From the IMG/VR virus record IMGVR_UViG_3300028558_000013, positions 1-33,225 of that record: 33,225 bases of DNA. One strand, written 5' to 3'. Both the position numbers and the translations under genes were made by a program. Positions within the stretch are counted from its first letter, which is position 1; every line of letters begins with the position of its first letter. Positions 29,342 through 33,225 of the stretch are shown here, piece after piece. This DNA is from a virus. The notes under the pieces were generated by a model that made no database searches, was not told where the DNA came from, and saw nothing but the letters and a program-made list of their open reading frames with translations.

Positions 29342-32300
29342 TTCCCGGAACTCGCTGCGACCCCTTGAGGTGTGCTTGCCCCTTTTCGACTCCAGCCAGT
29401 ACCCCGATGAGGTCCAGTGCGAGCCCTCGCCCCGGGGTAAGAGCGCCGTCAGGGCCTTTATTGGAAACGGAGCACGAGATACCGATCGAGGTCGAGCGCT
29501 TGATCGTCGGCGGGTAGTCGAGGAGCAGTGCGGTTCCGGCAAGGAGGTGGGCAGCGGGGTACGTCGTCGATTTACCGCCGAAGTCGTTGTACGTGAGCAC
29601 CGTTTCCAGATAGCAGTCCGTGAACACCTCGCCCTGGAGCTGGACGTTCCAAATACATTTAGTCGTGCGCTTGCCGCCGAGGTGGAGGGGAGCAAGCGTG
29701 AAGCCCATGGTGATCGGCCAGACGATTTGCCCGCCGCTGCTGACCTGCAGGTCGTAGTAGTTCGTCGTTTGCTGCTGCCAGACCAGTGACGACGTCGTAT
29801 TTACGCTCGCGAATATTGGTTGGCCCTGGTGCACACCTAGGAGGGCAGGCGCCTGCGGGAGAGTCCACTTCATCCAGCCGCCTAGAATGGTGTCGTAGAC
29901 CGTGAGGTACTGACCGTTGGTGACGATGAGCCGGTTCTGTCCGTCTAGAACCATGTCGGTGATGGTGCCGGACAAGTAGTCCTGTGCTGCTTGGCCCAAC
30001 CATTTGTTTTCGAGAGACCGCGTAATTAACCACGCTCCGCCCGAACTCGACGCGTACGCGCAACCCTCTCGGATGACCGCGGTGGGGCCGGTGCAGCCGC
30101 TCTCGAATGGCAGCCTGATGGGGACGGGGATCGTCGCGTTGGCGACCTCGTCTACGGTGGGACCAGGGAGTTGAGTCTCGGGTAGGTACCAAATTGAGTT
30201 CGCACAGAAGATCAGAAGGAACGAGTCCATCGGCGCGATCGCGGTGATCTCGTCGGCGGCGGGAAGCGTGATTCGGAAGCCGACGTTGAACCACGGAGAT
30301 TCGCCCTCGACGCGCTCGCCGGAGAACCAAAGCGCGTTGTCGTAGCCGATCAGCCACGATCGATCCTGCCAGACGCAACCGCCACGGAAGGCGGGCGCAG
30401 GGTAGCGCGGTAGGAGCCCCTGGTCAGTGTAGAGCACCTCTCCCGTTCCCTGCAGACCCCCGACATCGGAGTAGGAAAAAGACGCCGCGGTCGAATCGTT
30501 GTACAGCGGTGTCAGGTCGCTAGTGATCTTGTAGCTCAGCGTTGTCGGCGTTCCGACGGGAGGCGAGCCGCTGATTTGCTCGAACGCTGTACGGTACGCG
30601 CTGGCGACGATGTATTTCTTCAGCGTCGGGTAGACCGGGTGGCCACCGAGCACCTGATCCAGGTGCACAGCATTGGTCGCGGTGAATGCGAAGGCGGGCG
30701 ACGGCAGAGAGCGGTCGATGAGCCCAGACCGAGACGTGTACTCCGCCACCATGCGATAGAGGTACTGTCCGATCGAGGCGAAGGCGGTGGACACCGCGCC
30801 GACGGTGATCGCCGGACACTCGTACGCGCACAGCCCGTGCTCCGAGTAGAAACCCTGATCGAGGATCCCGGCCATCAGCCCCGGCACGAAGGTCAGTGCG
30901 TCCACGGAGAACGACCGACCGACGTCAGGGCCGATCGTAAACTGCTTGAGGCCGACGGTGCTATCTCCCGCGGAGAGGTTTAGGGCGAACCCGCCGCTGC
31001 TTGGGATGTTCTCGATCCGATACGCGGCAGGGAAAATGATCGCCCCATTCGAAAGTGTGCACGGCGTGGCAAGCACTCGATTCGGTCCCTGCGCCGACAG
31101 AGCGCCGGTATTGTCGGGAATGATCACTTGCCAGTCAGCTGCTGCGATCGCGTACTCGAAGCGGCCTGCGATCGCTTGCACGGAGTCCAGCGGAATCACG
31201 TACCAGGTGGGTTGGAGGTTGTTCGCGCTCCCGAGGCGGTATGGGAGGTGGCTGTTTGTCGCGGGCGGAGTAAGCGGCCCCCACTTTCGCGCGGGGTAAT
31301 AGGCCAGGGCGCAGTAGTCCGAGCCGACGGCAAACGGCCTTGACACAAGGGACAGTCCGCGACGCGTGACAATATTCGTAGAGGTGCCAGAGAAGGGGAC
31401 GTTGACCGTCTGGGTGTACTGCCCGAGCTGGTCAGGAAAGAAGTCGCTGGCGGAGTCGTTTCGCCCGGAAGGAGGACCCGAGATGGAGTAGGTGGTCGCC
31501 TCGGGGAGGCCGAAGAAATCCATCACGGTGTACGCAACGGTCAGATCACCTGACCCGTCGGTATGCTCGTAGCCGGTCATCCCAGAGATCCACTTGAACG
31601 CGGATGCCGAAGCCGAGCCGATGCCACTGGCGACCTGAGGATATGTGTTGATCGCGGTCAGGGAGGTCGAGATCTGGTAGGCCCAAATGTTATAGATCGT
31701 CGACGTGACTGGGTTGTCGACAGTGAGTAGCTTCCCACCAACGGCGGACGGAGTGGTCTTTGCCCAAGCGCAGACGTGAGCCCCGCATGCGATGGAGGTG
31801 TCAGTGTTAGCCGTCGTCGTCAGGCTCGTGCCGTTCCAAGAGAACGTGGTGAAGTTGATCCCACCAGTGAGGACGGGGCGGGCGAGGACAACAAACTGAT
31901 TGCGAAAGTACGTGACGTCCCAGTCGCTCGACGTAGTCGCCGACGACCCGGAGATCGACGTCTGGAATGCGCCCGTCACGTCATAGACGACGATGATCAC
32001 GGTGTTCGCGACGGAGTTGTCCAGGAACACGTAAAAATACGACCCGTCGGCGACAACGCGCACCTTCTTGTACGGGGTGCCGTTAGCGAAGGTGAACACA
32101 GGGCGAACGTCAGTGCCCGTGGATTCGTCGCGAAACATCACCCGGATTCCGTATAGGTCGGTTGGGGTCAGCGTCGCGGAGGCGCTGTTGCTCGTCGCCT
32201 GGTTCGCAATCTCCTTCAACACGGTACAAGAGACGTTCCCGATCATGGCCATGTCCGGAGCCTGGACCTGCGAGTTGGCCGCGTAGATAGAGCGCGAACG

Positions 32301-32678
32301 CAACGTTTGAGGCAGGACAACCGTGGGCTTTCCATCAGGCGTGGAATTCAGCAGCCACTGGGTCGATCGGCTGTAGAGCCGGTTGCCCGCGATCACGTCG
32401 ATGCCTGACGTCGCGGCAAAGAGCTGCAGGCCCGTGGGAATGGTGAAGACGGTTGTTCCGGTGGCGTCGACGGTCGGGGTGTCGTACGAGGTGAAGCCGG
32501 GGCGCTGTTCGGCGCGCACGTGCGTGACAGAGCCGTCTGCAACGCGCGGGTGGTCGTACTGCCGGACGACCGTATTGACGAGATCGGTGAACCGGCCGAT
32601 TGGCTTGTCGGGCAGCGGCGCGAGCTGATCTAGCGTCGAGAGGGGGACGTCAATTGGCGTTTGTTCTGGCTTCGGCAT
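29331..32678 (-). CDS. Large tail structural protein (nozzle, tubular or spike-like)
   Basis: 1115 aa, the largest ORF. Its Ser/Thr/Gly/Val-rich composition suggests a beta-rich fold. It is coupled TAAATG to the upstream 136-aa gene. Confidence 0.65.
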   Translation of the reverse strand: MPKPEQTPIDVPLSTLDQLAPLPDKPIGRFTDLVNTVVRQYDHPRVADGSVTHVRAEQRPGFTSYDTPTVDATGTTVFTIPTGLQLFAATSGIDVIAGNRLYSRSTQWLLNSTPDGKPTVVLPQTLRSRSIYAANSQVQAPDMAMIGNVSCTVLKEIANQATSNSASATLTPTDLYGIRVMFRDESTGTDVRPVFTFANGTPYKKVRVVADGSYFYVFLDNSVANTVIIVVYDVTGAFQTSISGSSATTSSDWDVTYFRNQFVVLARPVLTGGINFTTFSWNGTSLTTTANTDTSIACGAHVCAWAKTTPSAVGGKLLTVDNPVTSTIYNIWAYQISTSLTAINTYPQVASGIGSASASAFKWISGMTGYEHTDGSGDLTVAYTVMDFFGLPEATTYSISGPPSGRNDSASDFFPDQLGQYTQTVNVPFSGTSTNIVTRRGLSLVSRPFAVGSDYCALAYYPARKWGPLTPPATNSHLPYRLGSANNLQPTWYVIPLDSVQAIAGRFEYAIAAADWQVIIPDNTGALSAQGPNRVLATPCTLSNGAIIFPAAYRIENIPSSGGFALNLSAGDSTVGLKQFTIGPDVGRSFSVDALTFVPGLMAGILDQGFYSEHGLCAYECPAITVGAVSTAFASIGQYLYRMVAEYTSRSGLIDRSLPSPAFAFTATNAVHLDQVLGGHPVYPTLKKYIVASAYRTAFEQISGSPPVGTPTTLSYKITSDLTPLYNDSTAASFSYSDVGGLQGTGEVLYTDQGLLPRYPAPAFRGGCVWQDRSWLIGYDNALWFSGERVEGESPWFNVGFRITLPAADEITAIAPMDSFLLIFCANSIWYLPETQLPGPTVDEVANATIPVPIRLPFESGCTGPTAVIREGCAYASSSGGAWLITRSLENKWLGQAAQDYLSGTITDMVLDGQNRLIVTNGQYLTVYDTILGGWMKWTLPQAPALLGVHQGQPIFASVNTTSSLVWQQQTTNYYDLQVSSGGQIVWPITMGFTLAPLHLGGKRTTKCIWNVQLQGEVFTDCYLETVLTYNDFGGKSTTYPAAHLLAGTALLLDYPPTIKRSTSIGISCSVSNKGPDGALTPGRGLALDLIGVLAGVEKGQAHLKGSQRVPGTTT

Positions 32679-33089
32679 TTAGATCGTGTGGAAGTTGGAA
32701 CCGTCGGAGACGATCGCGACGGAGGTGGACACGGCGACGGTCAAGGTGTTGGCGCCGTTGATCTGCTGTTGGATGCCGCCGACCGACACGCACAGGAGGG
32801 TCAGGGTGTTGCTGGCGCTGGTGTTCTTGTAGCGAATCAGCTTGGAGATCTTCGTCGCGTCGGGCAGCTGGATCGTCATGCCCGCAGTCGCGTTCGCGAT
32901 CGTTACATCAGTGTCGGGCGTGGATATCGCGCTAGTCGACGTCGACGTCACGGTGAGCTTGGCGTTGGCGGTGAGCTGGGTCTGGAGGTCGTTCAGCTTC
33001 GCCGTTGTCGCGGTTGCTGTGTCTCGGATTCGGTCTTGGACACGATCGAGGTCCGGGTTGTTTGTTCGGATTGGGCTGAACTGCGACAT
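32679..33089 (-). CDS. Hypothetical small virion protein
   Basis: ORF track, 136 aa, with an N-terminal helix followed by a Thr/Ser-rich beta-like region. TAAATG junctions on both sides. Confidence 0.6.
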   Translation of the reverse strand: MSQFSPIRTNNPDLDRVQDRIRDTATATTAKLNDLQTQLTANAKLTVTSTSTSAISTPDTDVTIANATAGMTIQLPDATKISKLIRYKNTSASNTLTLLCVSVGGIQQQINGANTLTVAVSTSVAIVSDGSNFHTI

Positions 33090-33225
33090 TTACGGGAGAT
33101 ACCCCCCGTCGCCGTTACAACCCCCGTCGGACCTGTGGGTGAGTGCGACTTGGCCCGGCTCTTCCATGCGGTTGGCGGACATGGCCTCGATGCGCTTGGT
33201 GAGCGATGCGAGCTTCCTCTCTTGA
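33090..33225 (-). CDS. 3' end (last 44 codons plus TAA) of the junction-spanning 508-aa virion gene, visible here because of the terminal duplication
   Basis: This is the same reading frame as 1-1518 carried through the repeat. The stop TAA at 33090-33092 directly abuts the ATG at 33089 (TAAATG coupling). Confidence 0.7.
   Translation of the reverse strand, partial: QERKLASLTKRIEAMSANRMEEPGQVALTHRSDGGCNGDGGYLP
33099..33225. repeat. Terminal direct repeat, right copy (identical to 1-127)
   Basis: Same comparison as for 1-127. Confidence 0.97.

Larger units (their letters stand above)
1..33225. mobile_element. Complete temperate dsDNA phage genome assembled as a circle (unique length 33098 bp); podovirus-like virion module (inference)
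   Basis: A 127-nt terminal identity closes the circle. A terminase-portal-scaffold-capsid block, tail fibre, replication module, excisionase, tyrosine integrase and tRNA-derived attP are all present. Genes are tightly packed in two divergent arms. Confidence 0.85.

Noticed and set aside
32842-33225. 127-aa plus-strand ORF running off the right edge
   Set aside because: It is antisense to the 136-aa gene and to the junction-spanning gene, and it is open only because of GC-rich composition.
1-33225. CRISPR arrays, a reverse transcriptase or DGR, a retron-like ncRNA, known toxin-antitoxin pairs, and rRNA or full-length tRNA genes
   Set aside because: I saw no regularly spaced repeat-spacer structure and no YxDD-type polymerase motif in any long ORF. 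No full cloverleaf is present. The GNAT gene has no small upstream antitoxin-like partner, so a GNAT-RHH toxin-antitoxin reading is not supported.

Overview
The window is a complete temperate dsDNA phage genome that closes on itself. Its first 127 nt are identical to its last 127 nt, so the unique length is 33,098 bp. Two long divergent transcription arms leave a ~300-bp control region at 12863-13159.

The rightward arm (13160-20492) carries a small winged-HTH regulator, a replication organizer with an embedded helically phased iteron array (putative ori) and a DnaB-like helicase. It continues with several small unknown genes, one antisense ribbon-helix-helix regulator, a lipoprotein moron, a ParB-like protein, an unlisted 55-aa excisionase and a tyrosine integrase. 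An attP follows whose core looks like the 3' part of a tRNA-Sec-type gene, flanked by GTGGCAAA arm repeats.

The leftward arm runs from 12862 down to 1, through the circular junction, and on down to about 21031. It carries a cysteine-peptidase lysin candidate, endonuclease VII, a cluster of tiny membrane proteins, a GNAT acetyltransferase overlapping the large terminase, portal, scaffold and major capsid. Two attenuator-like terminators follow, then a 508-aa virion gene that spans the junction and is absent from the supplied ORF track. After that come a 1115-aa tail protein, three Gly/Ala-rich internal-virion-like proteins, a tail fibre and a terminal membrane-protein cluster.

The most unusual signals are two perfectly conserved phage-specific motifs. 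A 17-mer (CAACCACTTAACCGTTC) occurs four times in sense orientation inside the virion operon, three times 4-6 nt before start codons that lack a Shine-Dalgarno box. A 13-mer (AGTTTCGCTACTA) occurs three times, each pointing into an early transcription unit. I saw no CRISPR array, reverse transcriptase or recognisable defence system. All functional calls come from motifs, size and synteny read by eye; no searches were run.
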